DNA from: an uncultured Acidimicrobiia bacterium
Lineage (GTDB): Bacteria > Actinomycetota > Acidimicrobiia > Spongiisociales > UBA4744
Reading direction: 5' to 3'
NCBI GenBank assembly: GCA_964383535.1
Contig: CAYLHS010000003.1
Location: 1 to 61,500 of the forward strand
DNA: 61,500 bases
Part shown: piece by piece, positions 1 through 9,797 of the stretch
Layout: each line of letters begins with the position of its first letter
Position numbering within the stretch: position 1 is the stretch's first letter
The notes under the pieces: model-generated
Databases searched by the model: none
What the model saw: only the letters and a program-made list of their open reading frames with translations
Told to the model about the DNA's origin: nothing
Program-made: the position numbers and the translations under genes

Positions 1-620
1 CCGCGGGCATCGACCTCAACGACCTCGCCGGCTTCCCTGTCGGCACGGACGTCGCAGAACGGACTCGGCTCTACCAGGAGATCAAATGGCTCCAGGGTTC
101 GTTCTCGGCTCTCGCGGACACATCCCTTCCCGTCATTGCAGCGATCCACGGGCACTGCATCGGTGCGGGCGTCGATCTGATTACCGCCGCCGACATTCGT
201 CTCGCCTCGGCCGACGCCATCTTCTCTGTCAGAGAGACCCGCCTCGGGATGATTGCGGATGTCGGGACGATGCAGCGCCTCCCCAAGCTCATCGCCCCTG
301 GCCACGTCGCCGAGCTGACGCTCACGGGACGTGACATCACGGCCGACGACGCCGAACGAATCGCGCTCGTCAACCACGTCTACCCCGATCGGGCGGCACT
401 CTTGGAGGCCGCCAACGCCCTGGCCGACGAGATCGCAGCAAACTCACCTTTGACGACTCGGGGCATCAAACAGGTACTGCGGGCCGGGGCGAACAGGTCG
501 GTCGACGAGGCACTCGACTACATGGCGCTGTGGAACGCGGCGTTCCTCAACTCCAACGACTTCGCCGAGGGAATCGCGGCCACAGTGCAGCGCCGCCCGG
601 CCCGCTTCGACGGGACCTGA
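1..620 (+). CDS. Enoyl-CoA hydratase/isomerase (crotonase) family, 5'-truncated by the window edge
   Basis: Frame is open from base 3: AGIDL...PVIAAIHGHCIGAGVDLITAADIRLASADAIFSVRETRLGMIADVGT, the crotonase motifs. Confidence 0.9.
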   Translation, partial: AGIDLNDLAGFPVGTDVAERTRLYQEIKWLQGSFSALADTSLPVIAAIHGHCIGAGVDLITAADIRLASADAIFSVRETRLGMIADVGTMQRLPKLIAPGHVAELTLTGRDITADDAERIALVNHVYPDRAALLEAANALADEIAANSPLTTRGIKQVLRAGANRSVDEALDYMALWNAAFLNSNDFAEGIAATVQRRPARFDGT

Positions 621-621
621 C

Positions 622-1269
622 GTGGACTGGACCGTCTTCGGAGACGCCGGCCGGCTCCTCGTCGCTGCTCTGCTTGCGGGAGCGGTCGGCCTCGAGCGCG
701 AAGTCCACTTCAAGGCCGCCGGCTTTAGAACCCATATGTTGGTCGGCCTCGGATCGGCCCTGTTCACCGTGCTGTCGATCAATGCGTTCGGCCCATCGGG
801 CGACCCGGGACGCGTCGCCGCCCAGATCGTCACCGGCATCGGGTTTCTCGGCGCGGGAGCGATCTTCAAGGAAGGGGCGACCGTTCGCGGCCTCACCACG
901 GCCGCAGGACTCTGGACGGTAGCGGCAATCGGTATGGCGGCCGGAGCCGGCAGGCTCCTCCTTGCAGCAATGGCCACAGCCGTCGTTCTGCTGGTCATGT
1001 TTGGACTACGGATCATCGATGGTCTCCTCCGATCGAGACTCGGCCCCAACCAGGTCACGATCGAGGTGCTTCTCGACGATGCAGCAGGCTTCTCTAAGGT
1101 GTGGAAGACCGTGACCAGAATCGACCAGGCCGCCCAAGACGTGACCTTTCAACGACACGGAAGTGTCGGCGGCCTGATGAGAATCGAGACAGCAGCCAAC
1201 AAGGCCGAAACACTCGTCGAACTCCTCACGACCCAACAGGGAGTCATCGAGGCCGAGGTGATCTCATGA
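622..1269 (+). CDS. MgtC/SapB family membrane protein
   Basis: GLERE...AGFRTHMLVGLGSALF, DPGRVAAQIVTGIGFLGAGAIF, GLTTAAGLW motifs. Confidence 0.9.
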   Translation: MDWTVFGDAGRLLVAALLAGAVGLEREVHFKAAGFRTHMLVGLGSALFTVLSINAFGPSGDPGRVAAQIVTGIGFLGAGAIFKEGATVRGLTTAAGLWTVAAIGMAAGAGRLLLAAMATAVVLLVMFGLRIIDGLLRSRLGPNQVTIEVLLDDAAGFSKVWKTVTRIDQAAQDVTFQRHGSVGGLMRIETAANKAETLVELLTTQQGVIEAEVIS

Positions 1270-2324
1270 GCACGACGATTCTGCCCGTCATTCTTGCCGG
1301 TGGGCTGGGAACACGCCTCTGGCCGGTGTCCCGCAAATCCATACCCAAACAGTTCACGGCCCTCCACAGCGACAAGTCCATGTTGCAGGAGACGATCGAC
1401 CGACTCGCCGCACTCGACGACGTGCAAGACCCCATCATCGTGACCGGTTCATCGCAGGCCGCGACTGTGCGAGCGCAAGCACCGCGGTCAACACTCATCG
1501 TCGAGCCGGTGGGACGTAACACGGCGCCCGCCGCAGCGCTCGCCGCGTTGCACGCAACGACCCAAGGGGGCGACCCGATCCTGCTGGTCTGTCCGGCAGA
1601 CCACGTCATCAGAGACATCGCCGCCTTTCGCGACGCTGTTCAGGCGGCCGTGCCTCACGCGGAGTCAGGAAGGCTCGTCACGTTCGGGGTGGTGCCAACT
1701 GCCCCTGAAACCGGCTATGGCTACATCGAGAAGGGTCCCGCCATCGACGGAGCCTTTCGTGTCGGCCGATTCGTCGAAAAGCCCAACGCCGCCATCGCGG
1801 CCAACTACATCGCCTCAGGTCGGTATCTCTGGAACAGCGGCATGTTCGTCTTCAAGGCGTCGCGATTCCTCGAGGAACTCGACCAGTATCGGCCCGACTT
1901 GCTGGCCGATGTGCGCGAAGCCTCGTCGAGAAGCACCCGAGAGAACGGAACGATTCGAATCGACGAAGCGTCGTTCGCAGTGGTGCGAGGCGACTCGATC
2001 GACTACGCGGTCATGGAGCAGACAGCCGACGCCGTCGTTGTTCCACTCGACGCCGGCTGGAACGACATCGGCTCGTGGGCAGCCCTCTGGGACGTCGCCG
2101 ACACCGACGACGATGACAACGTCCTCATCGGCGATGTCGTCACAGTCGACACGTCGGGCTCCTACATCCGCTCGACCGGCCGACTCGTCACGGTCGTCGG
2201 CTTGGACGGCATCGTCGTTGTCGAGACCCCGGATGCGATCCTCGTCTCGTCCCGCGAACACGCTCAGCACGTGCGACGGATCGTCGAGCACCTCGAAACC
2301 TCCAAGCGGCCGGAAGTCGAATAG
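1266..2324 (+). CDS. manC: Mannose-1-phosphate guanylyltransferase (no C-terminal cupin/PMI domain)
   Basis: PVILAGGLGTRLWPVSRKSIPKQF, EPVGRNTAPA, FVEKP, WNSGMF, WNDIGSW; ATG 1266 overlaps the mgtC stop (ATGA). Confidence 0.88.
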   Translation: MSTTILPVILAGGLGTRLWPVSRKSIPKQFTALHSDKSMLQETIDRLAALDDVQDPIIVTGSSQAATVRAQAPRSTLIVEPVGRNTAPAAALAALHATTQGGDPILLVCPADHVIRDIAAFRDAVQAAVPHAESGRLVTFGVVPTAPETGYGYIEKGPAIDGAFRVGRFVEKPNAAIAANYIASGRYLWNSGMFVFKASRFLEELDQYRPDLLADVREASSRSTRENGTIRIDEASFAVVRGDSIDYAVMEQTADAVVVPLDAGWNDIGSWAALWDVADTDDDDNVLIGDVVTVDTSGSYIRSTGRLVTVVGLDGIVVVETPDAILVSSREHAQHVRRIVEHLETSKRPEVE

Positions 2325-2363
2325 CGTCACGGAATCGATTTGCCGACGTCCTAGTCTCGACAC

Positions 2364-4031
2364 ATGAGAGCCTCGCGATACCTCCCGGCCACATCGTGGC
2401 TTCCTCGCTATCGACGCGCGTGGCTCAGACCTGACCTGATCGCCGGTCTCACCCTGTGGGCGGTGCTCGTCCCCGAGGCCATGGCCTACGCCGGTATCGC
2501 AGGCGTCGACCCCGTCATCGGCCTCTACACGGTCCCCCTCCCCTTGCTCGCCTATGCCCTGTTCGGCAGCTCGCGCAGCATGGTGGTCGGCACCGACTCG
2601 GCCACCGCGCTCGTCTCGGCGGCAACGATCGGCGCCCTCGCCGCGAGAGGCACGGCCGACTACCTCGCGTTGACATCGGCGCTCGCCATTCTCGTCGGCC
2701 TCCTCTTCCTCCTCTTCGGTCTTCTTCGTCTCGGGTGGGTTGCAGACTTCATCTCGCGCCCTGTCATGCAGGGGTTCATCGCGGGGGTCGTGCTCGTCAC
2801 GATCATTGGCCAGGTCCCCACCCTCCTCGGTCTCACCATCCACAGAGGCCGGTTCTTCGGTGAGGTGTGGAACGTGATCCGTGCACTCGGCGGCGTCGAC
2901 CCGGCGACCGTCGCCGTCGGCCTCTTCAGCCTCGCACTCCTCGCAAGTCTCAGAAGGTACGCACCGAAGGTGCCTGCAGCATTGACCACTGTGGTCCTCG
3001 CGATCGCCGTGGTCGTGGCCTTCGACCTCGAACGCCACGGCGTCTCGACGGTCGGTCACATTCCCTCCGGGTTCCCCGATCTTGGGCTGCCCTCCGTGGA
3101 TGCCGGCACCTACGGAACGCTCCTGTCGGGAGCTCTCGCAGTCGTTCTGCTCGGCTACGCGGAGACGCTCGGGTGCGCCAAGACGGCGTCCGCGCAGACC
3201 GGTGAGACGTCGGATCCCAATCAGGAACTCCTCGCGCTCGGTGCCGCAAACATCGGCAGCGGTCTGAGTGGCGGCTTCGTCGCCGTCGGCAGCTTCTCGA
3301 AGACGGCTGTCGCGCTGGCTGCCGGAGTGAGGAGCCAGCTCGGGTATCTCATCAGCGCAGCGCTCGTCATCGGCACACTGCTCTTCCTGACACCGGCCTT
3401 CACCCACCTGCCCGATGCAGCTCTTGCAGCAGTCGTGATCGAAGCCATGCTGGCGCTCGCGAAGCCAAGCTACTTCACTCGACTCGCCCGAATCTCCACA
3501 CCGGAGCTTCTCCTCGCGCTCGTCGCGATGTTCGGCGTCCTCGTACTGGGTGTGCTACCCGGAATCGGTGCCGGCGTCGCCCTCGACATCCTCCTGTTGA
3601 TCCGAGGTGCCAGCCGGCCTCGCGTCGCCGTACTCGGCAAGACCGCCGGCCACGTCTACCAGGATGTCTCGCTGCATCCCGAAGGAGAGACGGTCCCCGG
3701 CCTCCTGGTGTTCCGGTTCGAGGCGCCCCTGATCTTCACCAACGCCGGGTATTTCGTCGAAGAGGTGGAACGGCTCGTGGTGGAGAGAAAGTCCAAAGCG
3801 GTCCTCGTCGACGCAGAAGGCATCAACGGACTCGACTCCACAGCGGCCGAACGTCTCCTCGACCTCCACCGACATCTCGAGCACCGCGGTATCGAGCTGA
3901 GTTTCGCCCGGGTGAGAGACCCGGTGCGGGAAGTGATGCACTCGAGCGGGGTCCTCTCGGCGGTTGGGAGCGACCACCTCTACGGATCGATCACGAGCGG
4001 TATCAAGGCCTACAAGCGCGAGCTCTCCTGA
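2364..4031 (+). CDS. SulP/SLC26 anion permease with STAS domain
   Basis: DLIAGLTLWAVLVPEAMAYA, LFGSSRSMVVG, NQELLALGAANI; STAS FRFEAPLIFTNA...LDST. Confidence 0.92.
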   Translation: MRASRYLPATSWLPRYRRAWLRPDLIAGLTLWAVLVPEAMAYAGIAGVDPVIGLYTVPLPLLAYALFGSSRSMVVGTDSATALVSAATIGALAARGTADYLALTSALAILVGLLFLLFGLLRLGWVADFISRPVMQGFIAGVVLVTIIGQVPTLLGLTIHRGRFFGEVWNVIRALGGVDPATVAVGLFSLALLASLRRYAPKVPAALTTVVLAIAVVVAFDLERHGVSTVGHIPSGFPDLGLPSVDAGTYGTLLSGALAVVLLGYAETLGCAKTASAQTGETSDPNQELLALGAANIGSGLSGGFVAVGSFSKTAVALAAGVRSQLGYLISAALVIGTLLFLTPAFTHLPDAALAAVVIEAMLALAKPSYFTRLARISTPELLLALVAMFGVLVLGVLPGIGAGVALDILLLIRGASRPRVAVLGKTAGHVYQDVSLHPEGETVPGLLVFRFEAPLIFTNAGYFVEEVERLVVERKSKAVLVDAEGINGLDSTAAERLLDLHRHLEHRGIELSFARVRDPVREVMHSSGVLSAVGSDHLYGSITSGIKAYKRELS

Positions 4032-4082
4032 GGGCCGGCACCGTACTGCCCTAGCCTTGAGAGAGAACGAAGGGAGCCGGTC

Positions 4083-5057
4083 ATGAAGACCAGGATCACC
4101 GAGCTGTTCGGAGTGGAGCATCCGATCGTCCAAGGGGGACTCATGTGGATCGCCACTGCCGAGTTGACGTCGGCCGTTGCGAACGCCGGGGCCATGGGGT
4201 TCATGACCGCCCTCACTCACGAGACACCGGACGGACTCCGAGACGAGATCCACAAGTGCCGCGACATGACCGACAAGCCGTTCGGTATCAACCTGACCTT
4301 CCTCCCGTCGCTCCGCCAACCTGACTACGCCGGCTACCTCCAGGTGTGTGCCGACGAGGGCATCGAGTTCATCGAGACGGCCGGCCGCAACCCGGAACCG
4401 TTCATGCCACACCTCAAGGCCGCAGGTATGAAGGTGATCCACAAGTGCACATCGCTACGTCACGCCAAGAAGGCCCGGACAATCGGCTGCGACGCCATCT
4501 CGATCGACGGCTTCGAGTGTGCCGGCCATCCCGGCGAGGATGATGTCACCTCACTCGTGCTGCTCCCGGCGACGGCTGACGCGCTCGACATCCCGATCGT
4601 CGCCTCCGGCGGCTTCGGTGACGGGCGCGGGCTGGTCGCCGCCCTGGCACTCGGTGCCGACGGCATGAACATGGGCACCCGGTTCGTTGCGACGCAAGAG
4701 ACACCGATACACCCCGCCATCAAGCAAGCCATCCTCGACCACGGCGAGACCGACACCACACTCATCATGCGAACGCTGCGCAACACCGAGCGGGTTCTCG
4801 ACAACGAAACGGCACGCACCGTCCTCGAGATCGAATCGACGGGCACAGCGACGATCGACGATCTCATCCCCTACGTTTCAGGACGCCGCGGACTGCAAGA
4901 GGTGATCCGGCACGGAAACGTCGATGGGGGCACGATGGCAGTGGGCCAAGTGATGGGCATCATCCACGACATCCCGACCGTCGCGGAGCTGATCGAGCGG
5001 ATCATGATGGAAGCCGATGATCTCATTTCACGAGCGCTACCGAACATGATGGGATAG
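4083..5057 (+). CDS. Nitronate monooxygenase / FabK-like flavin oxidoreductase
   Basis: MKTRITELFGVEHPIVQGGLMW, DGFECAGHPG, IVASGGFGDGRGLVAALALGADGMNMGTRF. Confidence 0.88.
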   Translation: MKTRITELFGVEHPIVQGGLMWIATAELTSAVANAGAMGFMTALTHETPDGLRDEIHKCRDMTDKPFGINLTFLPSLRQPDYAGYLQVCADEGIEFIETAGRNPEPFMPHLKAAGMKVIHKCTSLRHAKKARTIGCDAISIDGFECAGHPGEDDVTSLVLLPATADALDIPIVASGGFGDGRGLVAALALGADGMNMGTRFVATQETPIHPAIKQAILDHGETDTTLIMRTLRNTERVLDNETARTVLEIESTGTATIDDLIPYVSGRRGLQEVIRHGNVDGGTMAVGQVMGIIHDIPTVAELIERIMMEADDLISRALPNMMG

Positions 5058-5146
5058 TTCGATCGAGGTCGTCAGCCATCAGCCGCGACATGGCCGAGCC
5101 ACAAGAACGATCCTCCCCCCAGTGCGCCCCCGGGACAGACTGGGCT

Positions 5147-5926
5147 TCACGAACCCTGCCACACGGGTGGTCGCTTCTCCTTGAACGCGGCGACGCCCTC
5201 GGCCGCGTCCTGGGTGGTGCAGAGGGCGGCAAATGCTCCGTTCATGTACGACATCGCGCTGCCAAACGCGAGATCGGCGGCCGCGTAGAAGGATGTCTTC
5301 GCTGACCGCAGCGCGACCTGGCTCTTCTCGGCGAGCTTCCGCGCCCAAGCCCTTGTCTCTTCCTCGAGAGCATCGTCCGGGACGACACGGTTGATCAGTC
5401 CGATCTCGGCGGCGGTAGCAGCCGAAATCAGCTCACCGAAGTAGAGCAGCTCGAGCGCCTTCTTTCGTCCCACCGAGCGCGACACCGGAATGACCGGACC
5501 AACACAGTTGAGGCCAACGTTGATCGCCGTCAACCCGAACCTGGCGCTTTCGGCCGCGACGGCGAGGTCCGCAGCGGCAACGGTGCCCGCACCATTGGCG
5601 ACTGCGACCCCGTGAACCTGAGCGATGATGGGTTTGGAGATCGCCATCATCGTCGCCAGCGGACGCTCCATGAGATCGGTCCACGCGCGGTACTCCTGCT
5701 CCGACTTGCCGGGGAACTCGTCGAGGTCGATGCCAGCGCAGAAGACCCTTCCGGCACCACGCAGGATGATCGCGTGCACGAGCCGTTCTCCGTCAAGTTG
5801 CCTCAGCGCAGCATCGAACTGGGAGGCGAGCGGGGTGTTGAACGTATTGAGCTTGTCAGGACGGTTCAGGGTCAGGATCCCGACGGCATCCTCGCCGACC
5901 TCGACAGACACGACGTCGAACTCCAC
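5147..5926 (-). CDS. Enoyl-CoA hydratase/isomerase family
   Basis: [34 protein letters not shown] start placed after a GGGAGG SD. Confidence 0.88.
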   Translation of the reverse strand: MEFDVVSVEVGEDAVGILTLNRPDKLNTFNTPLASQFDAALRQLDGERLVHAIILRGAGRVFCAGIDLDEFPGKSEQEYRAWTDLMERPLATMMAISKPIIAQVHGVAVANGAGTVAAADLAVAAESARFGLTAINVGLNCVGPVIPVSRSVGRKKALELLYFGELISAATAAEIGLINRVVPDDALEEETRAWARKLAEKSQVALRSAKTSFYAAADLAFGSAMSYMNGAFAALCTTQDAAEGVAAFKEKRPPVWQGS

Positions 5927-6031
5927 GGCTTCCTCCCGACTCGACAATCGGCTCACCCTACCGCGCCCCAGCAGCCCCTCACCGGTGTCCCCCGAGCGCG
6001 AGTCATCTACCATCCCGGGAAGGAGGCCTGC

Positions 6032-6586
6032 GTGATCTTTTCAGACCGAACGATCAAGGAAGCGCTCACCGCTGGGCGCATCGTCATCGACCCATTCGAC
6101 GAGTCCTTCGTGCAACCGTCGAGCGTAGATCTTCGCGTCGATCGGTTCTTCAGAGTCTTCGAGAACCACCGGTACCCGCAGATCGACCCCAAGCAGCCGC
6201 AAGACGACCTGACCACCTTGGTGGAGACCTCGGACAACGATCCGTTCATTCTGCATCCAGGGGAGTTCGTGCTCGGATCCACGCTGGAACGAGTCGGTCT
6301 CGGCGATGACGTCGTCGCCCGTCTCGAAGGCAAGTCCAGCCTCGGCAGGTTAGGTCTGCTCATTCATTCGACCGCTGGGTTCGTCGACCCGGGTTTCGAC
6401 GGCTATCTCACGCTCGAGTTGTCCAACGTCGCCAAGCTCCCAATCGCCATCTATCCGGGCATGAAGATCGGACAGATCTCGTTCTACGAGCTCACGACAC
6501 CCGCAGAGCACCCCTACGGCGAGGCGGGCGGCAAATACCAAGGTCAGCGGGGGCCGACCCCGAGCAGAATTCATCAGGACTTCTAG
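6032..6586 (+). CDS. dcd: dCTP deaminase
   Basis: [48 protein letters not shown] 6032 after AGGAGG. Confidence 0.93.
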   Translation: MIFSDRTIKEALTAGRIVIDPFDESFVQPSSVDLRVDRFFRVFENHRYPQIDPKQPQDDLTTLVETSDNDPFILHPGEFVLGSTLERVGLGDDVVARLEGKSSLGRLGLLIHSTAGFVDPGFDGYLTLELSNVAKLPIAIYPGMKIGQISFYELTTPAEHPYGEAGGKYQGQRGPTPSRIHQDF

Positions 6587-6590
6587 AGGG

Positions 6591-6680
6591 CGGTTTCCTC
6601 CCCAGCGAGGCGGTGAGGGCCGAGTGTTGGGGGAGGTGGCCGAAGCAAAGCCGAGGACGGAGGGGGCGGTGCCCACCAAC
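6591..6680 (+). repeat. REP-like palindromic element, copy A
   Basis: CGGTTTCCTCCCCAGCGA...GAGTGTTGGGGGAGGTGG...GCCGAGGACGGAGGGGGCGGTGCCCACCAAC; the last 31 nt match 13589-13619 at 30/31. Confidence 0.8.
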
Positions 6681-6727
6681 GTAGCCGGCCGAAGTTACAT
6701 CAAGTCCCGCCAGGCAAGTGCGCTACC

Positions 6728-6755
6728 GAGAACCGCGAACCAACGACCAGAACAG
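6728..6755. repeat. Heptamer-phased tract
   Basis: GAGAACC GCGAACC AACGACC AGAACAG, ending at the surE stop. Confidence 0.55.
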
Positions 6756-6756
6756 A

Positions 6757-7524
6757 TCACACATCCAGCTTCACTGCATGGGCCAGTCGTACCTGTGTGA
6801 TGGACACCAGTCCCTTGGCAACCGCCTCGACATCCGTACCCGCCAGATCACCCCGCACCCGCAGGCCGGTCGAGAAGTCATGGATGAACACGTCGGGTCG
6901 TATCTCGCGAAAGATCCGGTCGTAGCCCGTTTTCGCGAGGTCGGTGAATACCCGCGGTGTATCGACGGTGGCGTTCGTATCGAAGTTCACGTTCAGCAGG
7001 TCGACGCCCTCTGGGAACCCGTCGCGTCGCACCGTCGTGACGATATCGGCGCTCACGCCGGCAGCCCTCGGCCACAGATCGGCCTCCTCGCCTGCCCACA
7101 CACGCTCCGACCAGCCCCGATGGTCCCGGGTCACGCCCGTAGAGAACGCGAGTGCCGGAATTCCGGCGATCCAGCCCTCCGCTGCTGCACCAGCGGTTCC
7201 GCTCGATAGAAAGAAGGCGAGACTGTCGTTGAGTCCGACGTTGATCCCCGACACCACCATGTCGGGAGCCTCGCCGAAGAGAGAGTGCACGCCAAGTTGG
7301 GTGCAGTCGGCCGGAAACCCGTCGGCAACGGCTATCTCCATCCCCTCGCGCACGACCCGCGTCACCCTGATCTCACCGAAGCGGGTGATGGCCTTTCCGA
7401 TCCAGCTCCGCTCCCGATCCGGAACCACGACTCTCACATCGGTGATCTCACGCAACGCCCTCATGAACGGCAACAACGCAGGGGAGTCGACACCGTCATC
7501 ATTGGTCACCAGTAGGTATCCCAT
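6757..7524 (-). CDS. surE: 5'/3'-nucleotidase SurE
   Basis: LLVTNDDGVDS, PDRERSWIGKAIT, GFPADC, VVSGINVG, SSGTAGAA; start set at MGYLLV (7524), not the track start at 7770. Confidence 0.9.
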   Translation of the reverse strand: MGYLLVTNDDGVDSPALLPFMRALREITDVRVVVPDRERSWIGKAITRFGEIRVTRVVREGMEIAVADGFPADCTQLGVHSLFGEAPDMVVSGINVGLNDSLAFFLSSGTAGAAAEGWIAGIPALAFSTGVTRDHRGWSERVWAGEEADLWPRAAGVSADIVTTVRRDGFPEGVDLLNVNFDTNATVDTPRVFTDLAKTGYDRIFREIRPDVFIHDFSTGLRVRGDLAGTDVEAVAKGLVSITQVRLAHAVKLDV

Positions 7525-7548
7525 CGCCGGCACAGGGTACCCGGAACG

Positions 7549-7580
7549 CCAGGAACCCCCGGTATCCCGGGGGTTCCTGG
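7549..7580. terminator. Perfect 14-bp hairpin (U-tail-less terminator candidate)
   Basis: CCAGGAACCCCCGG-tatc-CCGGGGGTTCCTGG. Confidence 0.6.
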
Positions 7581-7754
7581 AGTCCTCGGCGAGTTGGAGG
7601 AAGGGGGGACTCCGTTGTGCTCTCTTCGAGGACGCTGCCGGAGTAGACATCGGCAGAACAGCCACGAGACTTGAGGCGTTCACGAAGCACCCCCAGCCGG
7701 GAGGGAGTGGCTGAGGGTGCTTGCGTTCGAACTCGCCAGGGTGCCCAGCGGAAT
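7549..7754 (-). ncRNA. Candidate structured RNA (Ms1/6S-like architecture) or long structured leader
   Basis: Own promoter, closing stem 7730-7740 with 7584-7595, internal hairpins, and a 14-bp terminal hairpin; see findings. Confidence 0.5.
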
Positions 7755-7760
7755 GGCCCA

Positions 7761-7789
7761 ATTCTATCATGAGGACGTTATTACCCCAA
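7761..7789 (-). promoter_or_regulatory. Sigma-A type promoter with extended -10
   Basis: Minus strand TTGGGG-17 bp-TAGAAT, with TG-n immediately before the -10. Confidence 0.6.
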
Positions 7790-7879
7790 TGCTCCTGGCC
7801 AGGCAGCTACTTATGCTGGAAGGCACGTCTCGTCAGAAGTGAGTAGCGAGATCAGACATCATTCTGATAGAGTTTGGTT

Positions 7880-8824
7880 ATGCTCAATCCGAGAGAACTC
7901 CAGATCTTCCTCGCAGCAGCCGAAACCGAGAACTTCTCTGAAGCCGCCCGCCGGCTGAACATCTCACAACCGGCCATCTCGATGCAGATCAGGTCGCTCG
8001 AAGAGAAACTGGACATGCCGCTCTTCACGCGGACGGGAAGGCAGGTGACCCTGACGGACTCGGGCCGGGTTCTGGTCCCCATGGCGCGAGACGTCATCGA
8101 TAACACCATCCGTCTCGAAGAGGCGATGGCTTCGCTTCAAGGTGACGTTGTCGGGGTTCTCAAGCTCGGTTGCAGTACCGCCGCCGGCAAGTACGTGGTC
8201 CCTCGGTTGATGGCTGGCTTCCACACTCGCTACCCAAAAGTCGGACTCGTGTGCGATGTCTCTGGCCGGCGCGAAGCACTCCAAAGGCTGCGTGATGGAG
8301 AAGTACTCCTCGCGATGACGAGTCTCCGTGAACCGTACAAGGGCATCGAGTACCGGCCATTCCTGACAGATCGAATCGTCCTGATCGTTCCGCCAGATCA
8401 TCCATGGGCGGCGCTGGAGAGACCGCTGAAGCCGAAGGAGTTGCTGTCGGGCCAGTTCATTCTTCGTGAGTCCATGTCCGGAACTCGATCCGCCGTTGCG
8501 GAAGGGCTTTCGTGGCACGACATGTCCCTCGACGATCTCGAACGCGTCATGGTGCTCGGCAACTCGGAAGCGATCTGTGCAGCCGTGCAGGAGAAGATCG
8601 GCGTTGCGTTCGTCTCGACGTCCGTCGCTTGCGAAGCCACCAAGGCCGGCACGGTGGTCCCCGTGTCCATCGACGGCATGGATCTGACGACCACCCTCTA
8701 TCTAGCTCGCGACACCGACCGGCCGGCGACGCGCTCGCAGGCCGCATTCTGGGAGTTCGCGTTCGCGCCGGAGAACGAACACATCCGCACCAGGCCGAGC
8801 CTGCCAGCAGATCGAATCTGCTGA
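7880..8824 (+). CDS. LysR family transcriptional regulator (CysL/CmpR-like)
   Basis: LQIFLAAAETENFSEAARRLNISQPAISMQIRSLEEKLDMPLFTR HTH plus substrate-binding domain. Confidence 0.92.
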   Translation: MLNPRELQIFLAAAETENFSEAARRLNISQPAISMQIRSLEEKLDMPLFTRTGRQVTLTDSGRVLVPMARDVIDNTIRLEEAMASLQGDVVGVLKLGCSTAAGKYVVPRLMAGFHTRYPKVGLVCDVSGRREALQRLRDGEVLLAMTSLREPYKGIEYRPFLTDRIVLIVPPDHPWAALERPLKPKELLSGQFILRESMSGTRSAVAEGLSWHDMSLDDLERVMVLGNSEAICAAVQEKIGVAFVSTSVACEATKAGTVVPVSIDGMDLTTTLYLARDTDRPATRSQAAFWEFAFAPENEHIRTRPSLPADRIC

Positions 8825-8828
8825 TCGG

Positions 8829-9680
8829 ATGAACCGATCCCGCCTTGTGCTGGTCGCTGTCATGGCGGCTCTCGCTGCCGCGTGGGGAACCATCCCCCTG
8901 ATCGTGCGATCGGTGCCCCTGTCTTCTCAGCAGCTCGCCGCGCTCAGGCTGTGGTTCGGTGCCTTGACAGTGCTGAGCATCTTGGCCGTCAGAGGGGATC
9001 TGCGGCTACGGCGCACCGACCCGATCGCGCGTATCGCCGGCCTTGGGGTACTCCTTGCGATCCACTGGGCGGCCTTCTTCTGGGCCATCGACACGACCAC
9101 CGTCGCCGTAGCCATCGTTGTCGTCTACCTGGGTCCGGTGGCGATCGCCGCGCTCTCCCCCAAGATCCTCGGGGAACCCCTCCGCGCTGGATCGGTCGTC
9201 GGTCTGGCCGTCGCGCTCGGCGGCGTGATTCTCGTTGCGCGTCCACACGGCGGGGCAACTGTCGAAGGAGTCGTCGCCGCGCTCATCGCAGCGGCGACAT
9301 TCGCTGCGATGGTCCTCATCGGCAAGCCCGCGGCCCAAGCAGTCGGCGGGTTGAAGCTGGCGGGACTGCAAATGACGGTCGCGGCGATCGCCTCGACCCC
9401 GTGGGCGGTGTCGGCACTCCCAGACATCCCATCACACTGGTGGCAGATCTCCGTCCTCGGGATCGGCCTCACCGGGGTAGGCCTGATGGTCTACTGGTCG
9501 CTGATCAGCATCCTGCCCGTCACGACCGTCGCGATCACCTCCTACATCGAACCGGCATCCGCAGTGATATGGGCAGCGGTTTTCCTCTCTGAGCCGGGTG
9601 ACCTCCTGTCATGGTTCGGAGTGGCATTGGTGATCGGCGCCGGCATCGCGACGGGAAGACCGGAAAGGCCCACGATCTAA
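8829..9680 (+). CDS. EamA/DMT family transporter
   Basis: About 10 hydrophobic segments in two EamA repeats; [13 protein letters not shown]. Confidence 0.85.
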   Translation: MNRSRLVLVAVMAALAAAWGTIPLIVRSVPLSSQQLAALRLWFGALTVLSILAVRGDLRLRRTDPIARIAGLGVLLAIHWAAFFWAIDTTTVAVAIVVVYLGPVAIAALSPKILGEPLRAGSVVGLAVALGGVILVARPHGGATVEGVVAALIAAATFAAMVLIGKPAAQAVGGLKLAGLQMTVAAIASTPWAVSALPDIPSHWWQISVLGIGLTGVGLMVYWSLISILPVTTVAITSYIEPASAVIWAAVFLSEPGDLLSWFGVALVIGAGIATGRPERPTI

Positions 9681-9689
9681 GCCGATCCG

Positions 9690-9790
9690 GGTTCTCAGTT
9701 GTCGGTTCTCAATTGTCGGCAGGAGGCTCGCCCCACGACCCGCGCTGCCACAGCGATGCCACCAGAAGCGAGAACCGACGACCGACAACG
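9690..9790. repeat. Inverted heptamer-arm element
   Basis: Left arm GGTTCTC AGTTGTC GGTTCTC AATTGTC; right arm GAGAACC GACGACC GACAACG (reverse-complement type). Confidence 0.7.
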
Positions 9791-9797
9791 AGGGGTA

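Noticed and set aside
1266-2324. Truncation of ManC as a pseudogene
   Set aside because: Monofunctional GMP lacking the PMI cupin domain is a normal form, and the ORF ends cleanly
1815-3407. Long antisense ORFs (also 13563-15107, 28016-29278, 39848-41182, 50626-52152 and others)
   Set aside because: Shadow frames typical of high-GC DNA, lying opposite well-supported genes and lacking motifs
7685-7722. 6C RNA call for the C-rich-loop hairpin
   Set aside because: 6C RNA needs two adjacent C-rich hairpins; only one is present
7725-7731. GTTCGAA T-loop-like motif suggesting a tRNA
   Set aside because: No cloverleaf, acceptor stem or anticodon arm
7525-7770. 82-aa N-terminal extension of SurE in the ORF track
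   Set aside because: SurE homology starts at MGYLLVTNDDG; the extension runs over hairpins and a promoter and is better explained as non-coding RNA
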